Origin: Octopus sinensis
Lineage: Eukaryota
Length of the DNA: 64,000 bases
Direction: 5' to 3'
Assembly (NCBI RefSeq): GCF_006345805.1
Contig: NC_043000.1
Coordinates: 93,682,001-93,746,000 of the forward strand
Part shown: one piece after another, positions 25,619 to 39,917 of the stretch
How positions within the stretch are numbered: the first letter of the stretch is position 1
Layout: each line of letters opens with the position of its first letter
Translations under genes and position numbers: made by a program
The notes under the pieces: model-generated
The model's input: the letters and a program-made list of their open reading frames with translations, nothing else
Told to the model about the DNA's origin: nothing
The model's database searches: none

Positions 25619-28600
25619 AAAATGTTATTGTTATTTTTTATTTTTGCATATAGAAGAGAGGTGGCTTGAATGCTTTTTCTTAAGAAATTCCAACCAGAAA
25701 TAAAAGAAAATTAGATTTTCAGACTGCATTAGATAAATTGATACTTTAATAAGTAACCATCATCATTGTCGTCATATTTATCATCACTGCATTTGTCGTT
25801 CCTCTTACTTACATCAGTGGCTGTTACCAGATGCACTTGGAGCTTTGTCTTTGCTCTTATCATTTACAGCTGTCATTACTTTATATAATATTGTATTGAG
25901 AGGTTCTCTTATTGCAGGTGTGTTGTTGTGTATTTGTGTGTGTATGTGTGAGTGTGTGCAGTCCACAGGGATGAGTGAGATATCGCCATAGCAAACTACA
26001 TGCAGTTGTGTGTGTGTGCATGTACATTATCTAGTGCCTCTAACTCAGTACATGTGACATTCCTATTTTTCTGCCACTCATCCAGGTAAACTGACCACTC
26101 TTTGACATTAGCAAATCATCAATACCTTTCCTCACCTTACAAAGAGCCACTTCTTTTCTTCTTTCCTTTTATTATTATGCCTTTCTTCCCTCATAACCAT
26201 CATAGAATTGCATTTTTCCATTGCTACAAGGCCACAGATTAAATGAGAATGTTATTGCCAACTAACATTAATCTGTTTATGATTGGTGTTTATTTTGATA
26301 ACCTCAGAAAGTGAAGCATGGAGATCTAACTCTTTTCATGCCATATTTTTGCTGAAATATGCTGCCTTTGTTTCAAATAATTTCAGAAATTTTAAAGAAT
26401 TTAGTAAAATAACTTTGTTGTTTTTAATTTGGTGTTTGGAACATAAATTTACATTGAATTTTGACAGAAAATTTTAGTTTTAATCTCATAAAAATTGAAA
26501 TTTTTTATCATTGAGTAGGTGTGTATCACTGAATAAGGAATGGTCTCAGGAATGGAAAGGTATCAAAAAAATTAGTGAAAACAGTAATGTTCTATTATAA
26601 GAATTCAAATGTACTAGTAGCAGCCATGAAGAAGGGTCAGGACAGATGAGTGGAACAAACTGTTTGTGGTCTGATATTATGATGGCTGGCTTAATTAGTA
26701 CAAGTCAGAACCTGTAAGTGGGTGAACTTGAGCTAGTTCATTATTCTGTGGCTCAAGGGCTGATGAAGGACTTGTGATGTAAAAAAATATCTCAGAGTCC
26801 TTTTGAATTTTGAGAGAGAGACCTCCTCAGCCTTCAAGGTAAATAGTGGGCAAAAGTATTAATAGTTTTATTCTCCATTGCAGAATTTCTCTAAGAAGTT
26901 CTGATGTAAGTACCAAATATCTAGTGAAAACGTTTTCAATTTGGGTTCTATTGTTATCATTCTGCCGTGTCTAGATCCCAATATACCCAACTATCACTGG
27001 GTACCCTATAACTGGGAAATTAGATATCACCAAGAAGGGTACTGGTACCCTATAACTGGGTAATTAGATATCACCAAGAAGTATATTTTGCACCTAATGA
27101 AAGCAGGTGTTGGACTCTAAAATAAAAGAATGTCCACCATTTCATTAGTTTACGGTATTATGTTCCACCCTTGGGGAAAATTCACATTTTATAGGAGTGT
27201 TGGGCTTTAGACACACACATGCATGCATATACACAAAATGCACTGCAGGAACCAATGACACTAGACGTTATGTCAAATCTAGGCCATTAAGAGTCTGTTA
27301 TAACATTCAACAATAAGATTATTGTCTTTTAGTGTCTATAACATAACCATAACCATAAAACACTATATAAACGATAAAAAAAAATGGACAATCTTTAACA
27401 ATTTATATTAATGTAGGATTGTATAGATTGTTCCATATATCTATCTGTCTGTTTGTCTCTATCTATCTAGCTCTGTATGTATATGTATATATATCATCAG
27501 CATTATCATCATCATTTAATGTCCACTTTCCATGCTGGCATGGGTTAGACAGTTTGACTGGAACTGGTAAGCTGGAGAGCTGCACCAGGTTCCTATATAT
27601 ATATATATATTATATATATATATATATATTCTATTATTAATAATCAGCAGAAGCTAAAAGTTTATTCAAGAGCTGAGAGCTTTGTGCATTGGCACTCATT
27701 GAGAGTGACTAGCTTTTGCCAATTAATGATAATAACAATAATAATATTTATATATAAGTATGTATAATTACTAATAATGAAGATATAGATATGCATATAT
27801 ATGTGTCTTTGTGTGTGCATATAATTATTATTAATAATAAAGTACATGACCTTATAGTTTGGGTACAGCACTCAGGATTGCTAGATTGTGAATTTGATTC
27901 TCAGACCAAGTTGTGTTCTGTGTTCCTGAGAAAAGCACTTCATTTCACATTGGCCCAGTCCACTCAGCTGTAACTAGGTAACCCTGTGTTGGACTGGCTT
28001 TCCTCACCTTACGAAGAGCCATTTCTTTTCTTCTTTCCTTTTATTATGTCTTCCTTCCCTCATAACCATCATCACAAGTCCTTCATTTTCAAACTATAAT
28101 TTGGTGTTCAAACTGATTAAAGAGATGACAAGAATTGAACCACAAATATGCTGCTTAACCAGTTACAGTTATACCTTGAGCCTCTGCAGTTCAGTGGGTT
28201 TTCATTCTCTTCCTTCATAATTCCGGTATAAATGTCTATCTTGTTAGACTGAATATTCAACTTCCACAACAACGTATTTCTTTGTTCATTGGAATTCTTA
28301 AGGTACTTGCTCATACAGAGAGCCAGGCTTCTTCTATAAATGTCTAAACATGGTAAACTATTGTCTGTTTTATATGGACGTACATGTATTCTCCTGTCTG
28401 TCTATCTATCTATCTATCTATCTGAGTGTCTCTCCCTTTTTCTCTCTCTCGGTCTTCTGTGTGTGTGTGTGTTTGTGTTTGTCTGTGTGTGTATAATTAC
28501 ATTATTTGCATATATATGTGTGTATGTATGTGTGTATTCTGCTTTTAAGAATACAAACATATACACATAAGCACTTTTAAATTATTGCATGCATCTTTTT

Positions 28601-28648
28601 ATATGCAATGATGCACAAATGTGTATATTTTGATATATATATATATAT

Positions 28649-29058
28649 GTGCAGGTGTGACTGTGTGGTAAGAACCTTGCCTCCCAACCACATGGTTCTG
28701 GGTTCAGTCCCACTGTGTGGCACCTTCGGCCAGTGTCTTTTACTATAGCCTCAGGCCGACCAAAGCCTTCAAAGAAGTCCATCGTACATATATACAAATA
28801 TATATATATAGATATATATATATATATATATATATGTATATGTTTGTGTGTCAGTGTTTCTCCCCCCACCCCAACAATTGCTCAACAACCAATGCTGGTG
28901 TGTCTACATCTTCATAATTTAGCAGTTGGGCAATAGAAACCAATAGAATAAACACTAGGTTTACAAAGAAAAAGTCCTAGGTCGATTTGTTCAACTAAAG
29001 GTGGTGCTCCAGCATGGCCCCAGTCGATTGACTGAAACAAGTAAAAGAACAAAAGAAT
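28649..29058 (+). mobile_element. SINE-A, full length
   Basis: gtgcaggtgtgactgtgtggtaagaaccttgcctcccaaccacatggttctgggttcagtcccactg...aaacaagtaaaagaacaaaagaat. Confidence 0.88.
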
Positions 29059-30001
29059 ATATATATATATATATATATATATGAAAAGATACATACATGT
29101 GTATATAATGCACATGTGTGTGTGCAACAAACATATTTGGTGAATGGACAGTACAATTTCTCTTCAGGTAATAGATGAAGATAGTGGTGATGACGATGAT
29201 GATAATAATAATAATAATAACAACAACAACAACAACAACAATAATAATAAATGTAACTTAGAAAAACAAAGCATTCTTTTACAAACGCACCCACCCACAC
29301 ACACATACCACTTACCATTTGGCTCTTTCTACCTCTTTTTTAGTTATATATATATATATATATATATATCTGTGTGTGTGTTTGTTTCTTCTTCAACACC
29401 TCCTACCGTTTAGAGAGAGAGAATTTCTCCAGATTACTGAAAGAACTTTCCAGTGTTTCCTACCATAGTGTATATGTCTGAGATAGAAAAAAAAAATATA
29501 AATAAATGAATATACAACCAGAAAAGTTAAAGAAAAATTGGTGGTTTGTAGAAACTTCAGTACTGCATGGACATATCATCATCATCACCATTACCATTAT
29601 CATCATCATCATTATTATTATTGTTATTATTATTATTATTATTTTTATTATCATTATTATTATTATTATTATTTGTTAATGATTAGTTAGAGAACAATGC
29701 TGCCGTCTCCAATGGAGGATATAATAAATAAACTATAGAATTCTTATCAAAGACAAAATTCTGCCCACACCCTCACCAAAAAAACAAAAAAAAAAACCAG
29801 AAAAAAAGCTTTCACATCCTTTGGTAGTTCTAAACATATTTCTTTTTGTTTGTTTGTTTGTTTGTTTGTTTTCTTGTTTGTTTGTCTGTGAGTGTAATTG
29901 CATGTTATTGAACTGTTGAACTTTAGAAAAGGTGTAAGTTTTTACTCCACCCCTCCTTGTTGCCCCATGCACATTGACATATATATATATGTGTGTAGGT
30001 G

Positions 30002-30044
<43 letters not shown>

Positions 30045-31915
30045 TGCTGTTTGAATAGAATGTGAGTGCGTGTGTATATATATGTATATATTTATATATG
30101 CACATACACATATATTTGTACATACATATATTTGAGGACTTGTAATGGGGGTAGCACTGCTTCAAGTACCCAAATGCCAAATGGTCTGATTAAAGTAGAT
30201 GATGCATCACGCATATTGCTTTGATGTGTGTGTGTGTGTATACATTTAAATATTTATATCATCATCATCATCATCATCATTTAGCGTCCGTTCTCCATGC
30301 TAGCATGGGTTGGACATATATCTATATATATACATACATGTATTCTCACATATATATATGTATTTAAAACACACACTCTATGTGTATGTGTAAAGGGTTG
30401 CTTAAAAGAGAATATCTTTGAGTTCTTTATTTATCTTCCGTACTATTATTTCATTTTAAATAAAATACATTTTTAATTATTCTAAATTGGTCAAAATCAT
30501 TAGCTCACCAGAGATAGATGTTTGCATGGTAGAAAGGAAGGAGGGCAATTATGGATGTTCAGTGGCATCATAAAATAAATGTTGAATCTGTTACCTGTAT
30601 GTTACATATTGGTTTGTTTCATATTTCTATTGTATTGTACTAAACGCCATGTGATTAGACATTGCTGTTGGCTGTGATGACATCACGGCTGGTTTTTAAC
30701 TTTGATGTTGTTACTATTGGTGTGTTCTTGTAAGGTATTACAGATGAACAAAAAAAAATTCAAAACAAAGTACAAACAAAATAAAAGAAGAAAGAAAAGA
30801 AAAAGCTTAAAGCATGATAATATAGCATTTTAAAAAATATAATTATTGTTTTTATTTTCTTACCTGTCTGTTTCTACCTTCAAGAAAGCAATTGTGAATA
30901 AATGCATTAAATTTACTTGGTCTCTATTGACTTTTAGAGACTAGTGCTCGGTCTCTTCTGAGAACCCTCCAAGATGTTTGACACCAACCTAGTTGAACCT
31001 TCATTTTCTACACACACTTGAAATTTTAGATTTATTTAGTACAACATAATAGTATTTAATTATAGTAGTTTGATATATTATCTTAAGCTGTCTTTCTCTT
31101 AAATGTAAAGTTTTTTTGTTGTTGTTATTATTCAAATATTACAGACTGCTTATGTAAACATGCCTGTGTATACACACACACACACAGCACATGGGGGAGT
31201 GCTGCAAAGTTCCCTGCTTTGGGTAAAAGAAAACACTGAAGGATCAGTTCCTTATGATTTTATTCAACATATTCCCCTATCAGATTTATGCATTAATTGC
31301 AGTGGTCCTTCAGTTTTTCTAAGACCTGTAAAAGAACTCAGAAGCTAGGACCTCCAGCCAGGCCTTTCACGATATCCTTAAAGACAAAAACTTTTCAGCA
31401 CCCACCTCACTGTAGATACATGCACACGTACACATGCTCACATGTATGCACATATGCATTCACACCATATACACAGATACACACACATACAGTGGGCTCC
31501 ATTCAGTTTCCATCCGTCAAAATCACTTGCAAGACAGAAAAATAAGATAATACAAATTTTTACATTTGGATGAAGCATTTATATTTAGTTAGTAATCAGT
31601 ATATATTCCTTTTGTTCACTATTGATTGTATGCGAATACACACACACGCACACACAACACACACACACCTATATATATAATATATACACACACTCACATA
31701 TATATACATATATATATATCATATATATATAAATATATATAATATTATTTTATATATATCATATATATAAATATATATGTATTTATATATATTATATTAT
31801 ATATATATTTACATATATATAATATATATTATATATATATATAAATTTATATATATTAAATAGATATCTAAGAGTCCATAAGTCAGGAAAAAATGCACTC
31901 ATATATCCATTAATA

Positions 31916-31957
<42 letters not shown>

Positions 31958-32790
31958 TATATATACATACATATATATACAATATATATATATATATGAT
32001 ACATTATATATATATGCACATATACATACATATATACATACACACACATACGCATATATATATATATATATATATATACACACCACGCGCACATATATAT
32101 ATACACAAGCGTGCTTACATGTATATGTTTATTGAAAGTGAGATCATTTTTATATGTTATTGTTTACGTATATACTTCTTTAAAGATACGACTATAAAGA
32201 AGTTGGTTTTATGCTTAAGTGTTATCTCCATCCACATGGGGGCTTCAAAGATATGCTTAAAGATTTCGTAGGTTTGGTTAAACAAAATGTTACGAAAACC
32301 ATTTTAAAGACAAAAAAAAATTAAATAAAGAAATTATCAACGAAACAACGCAAAGCACAAAAACGCGGATTCAGAAAAATCCTTATGCTACAATTGTAAG
32401 ATATTTAGTCTGGCTTATGTTTCAAAGTTGCCATGCTAGTGTAAATATCATGCTTTAATTACTTAGGGAATGACTACAATAACTAATACAAGCTTCAAGA
32501 GTAAGGGTTAAGTGTTGTGGGATAGGTTAGACAGAATAAATACTAATCTGAAAGGGACTATATAAACATTTATGTGGTAGGGACGAGGTTACAGTTCACT
32601 GGTTTGTTCAAACAGCACTTAGTTCTCTATCAGTGTGTGTGTGCCTCTGTGTGTGTGTGTGTGTGTGCGTGTTTGCTTGTGTGTTTGTGTTTTGTATGAG
32701 GATATAAACTGAGTCACAATGTTCTGAAGTATTCATTCAACTCGGAATCTTCTTGCTGACAACTCCCGTTATATATATATATATATATAT

Positions 32791-33202
32791 ACTCTTTTAT
32801 TTGTTTCAGTCATTTGACTGTGGCCATGCTAGAGCACCGCCTTTAGTCGAGCAAATCAACCACAGTACTTATTCTTTGTAAGCCTAGTACTTATTCTATC
32901 AGCTTCTTTTGCCGAACCGCTAAGTTATGGGGAAGTAAACACACCAGCATCGGTTGTCAAGTGATGTTGGGGAGACAAAAACAGATGCACAAACATATAC
33001 ACACACATACATACATATATATATATATATACATATATACGACGGGCTTCTTTCAGTTTCTGTCTACCAAATCCACTCACAAGGCTTTGGTTGGCCCGAG
33101 GTTATAGTAGAAGACTCTTGCCCAAGGTGCCACACAGTGAGACTGAATCTGGAACCATGTGGCTTGCAAGAAAGCTACTTACCACACAGCCACTCCTACA
33201 CC
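32791..33202 (-). mobile_element. SINE-A, full length
   Basis: Reverse complement of the 15173 and 28649 copies over the whole length, flanked by (TA)n. Confidence 0.9.
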
Positions 33203-33384
33203 TATATATATATAACATGGACTCTCCTGTTGTTAGATGATGTATTAGGGTTTGGCAGTTACTTGCTGAAAAAACCACACAGATCATTTGTTTATATTGA
33301 TCAAATGTTTGTGTTCATGTAAGCTCACTTCTTCCATCAAATCGACATTACCTGTACAGGTGCACCATGTCCCACATGTCAGAT

Positions 33385-33520
33385 GATGGAATAACTGTAG
33401 AAGAATGTGAATTGAAGTGCTTTGTTCAAGAACACAAAACAATGCCTGGTCTGGGAATTGAACCCACAATCTCGCAATTGTGAGTGCAACACCCTAACCA
33501 ATCAGCTTTGCACCTCCACA
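33385..33520 (-). mobile_element. SINE-C 5' portion
   Basis: tgaagtgctttgttcaagaacac...ctgggaattgaacccacaatctcgcaattgtgagtgcaacaccctaacc is an inverted tRNA-like head matching 50260-50356. Confidence 0.7.
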
Positions 33521-33789
33521 CACACGTGTGTGTGTGTTTGTGTGCATATATATGTTTTACATGTTTTTGTTCGTCAGTGAGATTAGGAAAACTCTGCAGT
33601 TTAAGCCACTGCTTTTCTGCATTGATAGGACTCTGCAGAGGAGGTGCCTGAGGACCGAGGACTCTCCTCCCCTACCCCAGATGATCTTCCCAGGAATACA
33701 AAAAGAGAAAGAAGTACATACATACATATACATATAATACATGTACACATGCATACATAACATATATATATGCATATATACATATATAA

Positions 33790-33833
<44 letters not shown>

Positions 33834-33851
33834 CACACACGCACACACACA

Positions 33852-33894
<43 letters not shown>

Positions 33895-35199
33895 TACAGG
33901 TATACACATACATGTATGAAATTTCTATAATTGATAGAAAAATCACAGTGGCAAATTACAAGTAAAAATTAATGAAGCTATACATATTACACATTTTGAT
34001 AACCTATTCAGTAAAGATAGAGCTGAATTGAGCTCAGTATGGTTACTTTGTAATGAAAGGTCAATTTCACTAACGAAATACACTAAAAACTGCACCACTA
34101 ATTATTGTCACATATGCTAATGACTATGTTGATGGACATTTTAAGGTTCTGTGTTCAAGACTTGTGTGTATGCATTGTGTAGACATCTGAGGATTTCAGT
34201 GGTATAGATAATGTGATGGTGATCATGATAGTACTTCAATGCTAAGGCACAAACATAAATATTGTAAAGCATGGTATCAGAGTATAGTGTTTGGTGGTAT
34301 TTGTTCTGATTCTCAGTGCCCTGGGTTCAAATCCTGCAAAATTCACCTTTTAGATAGATAGACAGACAGGCAGACAGACAGACAGATGGATGGACGGACG
34401 GACGGATGGATGGATGGATGGATGGATAGATAGATAGACCATAGTACTTGAGTGGTACTTATTTCACCAATCTCACCTCAAGGATGATAAAAGATAAATT
34501 TGACCTCTGCGGGATTTGAACTCAGAACTTCTTTTTTTAAAGAGAGCTAACTAAATATGGCAAGGCATTTTGTATGTGATGGTACCAATTCTTCCGCCAA
34601 GCACTGCCATTCCTCAACTGTTTTTATTAATACGAGAGCAATAACAACAACAGTATGAAAGAATGGAAGAAATGAAAGAAAACACAAGACAGAGGCATGC
34701 TGGGAAATGTAACCACTTTGAAATTCATCTGCAAAAAATATTGTTTTAAATACTGATGACTTTAATGGGTCACGGAGGCTGTTATGTCTGCCTTAGCTTG
34801 AAAAGAAACTGGTGTTAAATCCATCAGCTTGATCGCAGAGTATAAGACTGTGTATGTATATGATGTGTGTGTATGTACCTATGCATCTATGTGTGTGTGG
34901 TGTGTGTGCATGCATGTGTAGAGGGAGTAGGGCTAATGTGTATGTAGTTTCGTGTATTGTTATTTTTAGATTACTGCACTATACAGTGCATGTGTGTGTG
35001 TGTCTGTGTTTGTGTGTATGTGTAAGTGTTTACATATCTAATCTTATGTATTTGTCCTTCTGGATTTCTCTGTTCCTCTTGGCACAACGTGTTTGTTGTT
35101 TATGTAAGTACGAGTATATATGTGTGTAATATGGGCCTGTGTTTTGTTTTTGTGGGGGTCTTTTTTTTTTAGTGTTTTTGCGTCTGCTCTTATGAGCAA

Positions 35200-35625
35200 T
35201 AGAAGTAATAATAATAAGAAGAAGAAGAAGAAGAAGAAGAAGAAAAGGAAAGATAATAATAGCGAGACTTATGACAATAGTGATAATGGTAATGATGGCA
35301 ACAAGAATATTATAATTAATAATAATACTTTTGAGGATAACTGTGATAACGGTAATGATGATGCTGACAATGATGATGTTGATGATGATGATGATGATGG
35401 TGATGGTGATGATGATGGTGATGACTATAGTGATGATGGCGCTGATGATGGCAATGATGAAGGTGCTGGTGGGCTGACAATGGTGATGATGGAGATAACA
35501 GCGGTCATGACAATGATGATGATGCTGGTGGTGGTGATGATGGGCCGACAATGGTGATGCTGATGGTGCTGACAGTGGTAATGATGATGATTGTGGTGGT
35601 GATGATGGTAGTAGGGTGATGCTGT
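35200..35625. repeat. Compound (AAG)n/(GAT)n/(GGT)n low-complexity tract
   Basis: Direct reading. It explains ORFs 35030-35707 and 35120-35557. Confidence 0.85.
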
Positions 35626-36433
35626 TGATTGCCACAGGTCTTACGTAGCAAAAGGCACAATGCGCAAGACAAATTCCTTTATAGAATAAGTAGCCATCTT
35701 CAGACAACGTTTCTTTTTTTTTATTGTGTTTTTTTTTGTTTCTTTTTTTTTTTTTTTTTTAGTTCTGTTTTTGCTACGGTACATATGGGTACCCTGTCTG
35801 TAATAATTATTATGGTTATTCTGAGCCTTTAATTCAAGACAAGAAATACAAGAATACGAAATGAAACAGAGACAGAAACGGCAACAAAATGAAACAAACA
35901 AATAAATAAATAAATAAAAAAATCTCTTACACTTAGGTAACCACTATCTCAACAATAACTCCACAAAGACTTTAACCATCTGTAGAAGATATTAAGAACA
36001 GCAACTGAAATACCGTTTCTAAGACACCCATTACACATACTAACACATACAGTTGCACATGCGCACACAAACACACACACACACACACATACATACATAC
36101 ACACAAAGAGTAATGCCTGTACGCATACACATGCAGATACGTATGCATGCTCAGTCACGCACCCTCATGTGAATGTGTACTTGGACAGTGCTCACATGAG
36201 CTGACATATGCTCGGTTCTATGTTTAGCTGTTTGCCTCTGGTGTTACGACATTCATTCTTTTTTTTTTGCTTTATCATTAATACATTATTAAGCGGTTTT
36301 CTTTGTGTTTGTCTCCTGTGTGCATCCATGAATGTGTGTGTTTGTGTATCTGTGTGTATGTGCATGGATATGGAGTGCGTGTAAGTGCATCATAGACACA
36401 CACATACACACACACCACACACACATATATATA

Positions 36434-36479
<46 letters not shown>

Positions 36480-36980
36480 TTTGTTAGTATATATATTATA
36501 GATATCTATAATATTCTATAAATATATATATTTAATATCATAATTATTGATATATATTATATATATGTATATATATGTATATATTTATATATAATATATA
36601 TATCTATGGATCTAATATATATATATATATTTATATATATGTATATCTATATGTATACATATATATGTGTGTATATATATATGTATATACTTATATCTCT
36701 CCAGCTATATGTCTACATTTATAAACGTCTTAATGTCCAATTCATTTACATCACACACACACCACACACACACACACAACACACATGCACAAGCATGCAA
36801 CTGAATGACTCTTAAGATGACACTTCAGCCCCACCCTCTCAAGATACTTACACCTTGCTATTATTTCCATCTTGTCTGTTTAGCAGGCTTACCAATGCTT
36901 ATTTTATATCTTTTTCATATATATATATATATAATATATATTAATATATTATAATATATATATATATATAATATATATAA

Positions 36981-37016
<36 letters not shown>

Positions 37017-37077
37017 TTATATTTTCTTCCTATACCTATAATTGTACCTTTTGTCTCCCCCTTAAATTATACACACC

Positions 37078-37129
<52 letters not shown>

Positions 37130-37720
37130 ATATATTATAACATATATATATTTATATGAATGTGTATGTATATATAAATAAACTTGTATGGTAAAAAAAG
37201 ACCAGCAATGAAACGCAACAAAGAGCTTGTATAACAAGAGTATTTTAACGTTCATCAAGAAAGTTACCTTGTAGCACTTACTGTTGTTGTTCTTATTAGT
37301 TGTGTTGTTGTTGTTGCTGTTTTTGTTTTTGTTGATGTTCTTTCTTCCTATTTAAGAAGGTTGGCAATGGTGGGGTGAAAATAATAATAATAATAATAAT
37401 CATAAATACTATAAGAAACAAATGAATTTCTGTGATGGCATTCTTTATTTGCAGAAGAAATGTCCTTCGCTCATCGATATATATATATATATATATATAA
37501 TGTGTGGGCATGTGTGCGAGTGTATATATATGTATGTACTTATATATATAAATGCATGTATATGTGTATATATATTATATATACACATAGATACATATAT
37601 ATACACACACACATAGATATACATATATATACCTACATATATATATATATATATAAATTCCCCTATTTACATAATATCGAGGTCTCTTTTATCCTTATGT
37701 GTCTTACTATTCTATCAATT

Positions 37721-37757
<37 letters not shown>

Positions 37758-37908
37758 TATATATATATATAATATATATATATATAATATATATAACAGA
37801 TATAATACACATATTTATACATATATATATATAGACTTACATGTGTTTTTGTGTGTTTAATTAATTAAAACTAGTAAAACATGCCTTACTTGCATATCTG
37901 TCTATCTG

Positions 37909-38008
37909 NNNNNNNNNNNNNNNNNNNNNNNNNNNNNNNNNNNNNNNNNNNNNNNNNNNNNNNNNNNNNNNNNNNNNNNNNNNNNNNNNNNNNNNNNNNN
38001 NNNNNNNN
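37909..38008. other. Assembly gap (100 N)
   Basis: Exactly 100 N, a conventional placeholder for a gap of unknown size. Confidence 0.97.
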
Positions 38009-38009
38009 A

Positions 38010-38945
38010 GAAGAAAGAAATTTGTCCAGTGAACATTTGAATTTTATGGGATCCGTTTCCGTTTTGACATGGTATTAAAGAGAGCTGGACTGGTTGAGGT
38101 AAAGTAATTGTGATGTAATGTTGCTGTGTGTCCCAAGTTTGATTTTTGTAGTGGGCGGATAGCTCAGGGGCCAAGTCTTGGATGGATTTTAAAATTGAAG
38201 CCAACATCATTTGTGCAATATTGATGGAATATTTACAACATAACACAAATGATGTAGTGCTCCTGGTGGCATTGGAGAGAACAGACATTGAGTTTTTTTA
38301 GTCGACCCCAATAATCAATGCGTCTCATGCCGTCTATCTTTCTTGTCATTGACCTCTGGAGTGCTTTCAGTTTCCTAATGAGTTACTTCGTATGGTGGGG
38401 AGGGGACCATAGTGGGTAACAGTATTCAAGGTGGGGATTGGGAAAAATTAGAGTAGCAAAGGATGATGGTATAGGCATCTCTAGACCAGAAAGTTCTCAG
38501 AATCCAGCACATCTTGCGGGCCAAGTCAATCTTGCTGTTTATGTGGGAACTCCAGCTTAGATTGTTATCAACAATTACTCCAAGTTCTCTGGTGTTGTAG
38601 GATGACACTAGGGAGTCACCCAAGGGAAGAGCATATGGTAATTTCAGAGTTTCCTCTATTCCAAAGTGGATCAAATCAAACTTACCTTCATTTAAAAGTA
38701 TATTGTTTTTTTTCTGCCCATTGGACAATAGCAAACAGATCTAACTGAAGGCATGTTCAGTCTCTCATGCTGTTTATGGCTTTTTTAGTTTAGAATCCTC
38801 TGCAAAGATTTTCAATGTAGAATGTTTCATAACATCTACTACGTCGTTGATGTTAATAATGAAGAGGAGTGGGCCCAACACAGTACCTTGTGGGACACCA
38901 CTACTGACTTTGGCTGAGCTGGATCATATTCCCTCAAACACAACA
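38010..38945 (-). pseudogene. Decayed CR1-clade LINE reverse transcriptase fragment
   Basis: The minus strand gives SSGVPQGTVLGPLLFIININD...KIFAEDSKL (GVPQG at 38885-38899; catalytic FADD reads FAED), then RELGVIVDNNLSWSSHINSKIDLARKMC-WILRTF, with stops and frameshifts. Confidence 0.9.
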
Positions 38946-39590
38946 TTTAAAAGAATAAAAGAATAAAATCATAAAAATGAATGAACATAGTAAAAAAAAT
39001 GGACATTTTTTTTAAGTAAGTAAATACACTGAAAAAAATCCCCCTCAGCTTACAATGTGCAGAAACTGAATTAAATTCAAAGAAGCATTAGACAATTTAC
39101 AAAGCAAGTTCTATACTAGTTTGCATACACCACTAACAAGCTCTTAGACTGACATATAAAAAAGAGAACACAAACACTTACTGTGGTCTTTGTTGTTGTG
39201 ACAAAATGTATGTACGTTTATAAATTTTATGCGCAAGCTTATACAGGCTATGGAACTTCAAAATAAGATTAACTGATAAACCTGTAAATTGGTGTCCTAT
39301 CAAAATTTAATCAAATTCAAAGGTAGAAACCTCATTAGCTGGTTTCATTTTATATTTATATGAACTGGAAAACTGTATGTGGACAATAGAATCATCTTTA
39401 CAATGCTATTTGGAAGAATAATTATGATATATTTTGTAGTTATTTTTTCCGTTTATCACTCAACATACCATATAAATATGGTATAAAGACTTTATAAGGT
39501 ACTGTCTATATCATCAATACAGGAACCTAAATCTTCTTGAATCCTTTCCCATCTCCCATACATATTGTATGCATGTGTGCATATATATAT

Positions 39591-39770
39591 AAAAGCACGT
39601 AAAAAGCACCCACTACACTCACGGAGTGGTTGGTGTTAGGAAGGGCATCCAGCCGTAGAAACACTGCCAGATCTGACTGGGCCTGATGAAGCCTTCCAGC
39701 TTCACAGACCCCAGTTGAACCGTCCAACCCATGCTAGCATGGAAAACGGGCGCTAAATGATGATGATGAT
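39591..39770 (+). mobile_element. SINE-D 3' part with (GAT)n tail
   Basis: cacccactacactcacggagtggttggtgttaggaagggcatccagccgtagaaac...gcatggaaaacgggcgctaaatgatgatgatgat. Confidence 0.85.
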
Positions 39771-39783
39771 ATATATATATATA

Positions 39784-39917
39784 TAAATGCACAACAGAAA
39801 GAGCTACTAATAGTTTCATGCTTTTATGATACTTGAACAGGCATATTTTATAAAGATGCCTGTTCAAGTATCATAAAGGCATGAAACTATTCATAGCTTC
39901 TTTCAGTTGTGTATTTA
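39784..39917. mobile_element. Nearly fully palindromic MITE
   Basis: Inner arms atagtttcatgcttttatgatacttgaacaggcat / atgcctgttcaagtatcataaaggcatgaaactat; the outer arms match the ends of 13665-13864. Confidence 0.8.

Noticed and set aside
26757-26815. CTGATGA-AGGACT...AGTCCT hammerhead-like start
   Set aside because: No GAAA follows the stem, and no stem I or III can be drawn.
35928-35980. Minus-strand acceptor tcttctacag with donor gtaaga
   Set aside because: Stops occur in all three frames.
37860-38060. ORFs spanning the N run
   Set aside because: These are artefacts of the gap. Contiguity and orientation across it are not guaranteed.
39690-39715. cctgatgaagcc within SINE-D
   Set aside because: The other SINE-D copies read cctggtgcagcc on this strand, so this is a chance mutation with no downstream GAAA.
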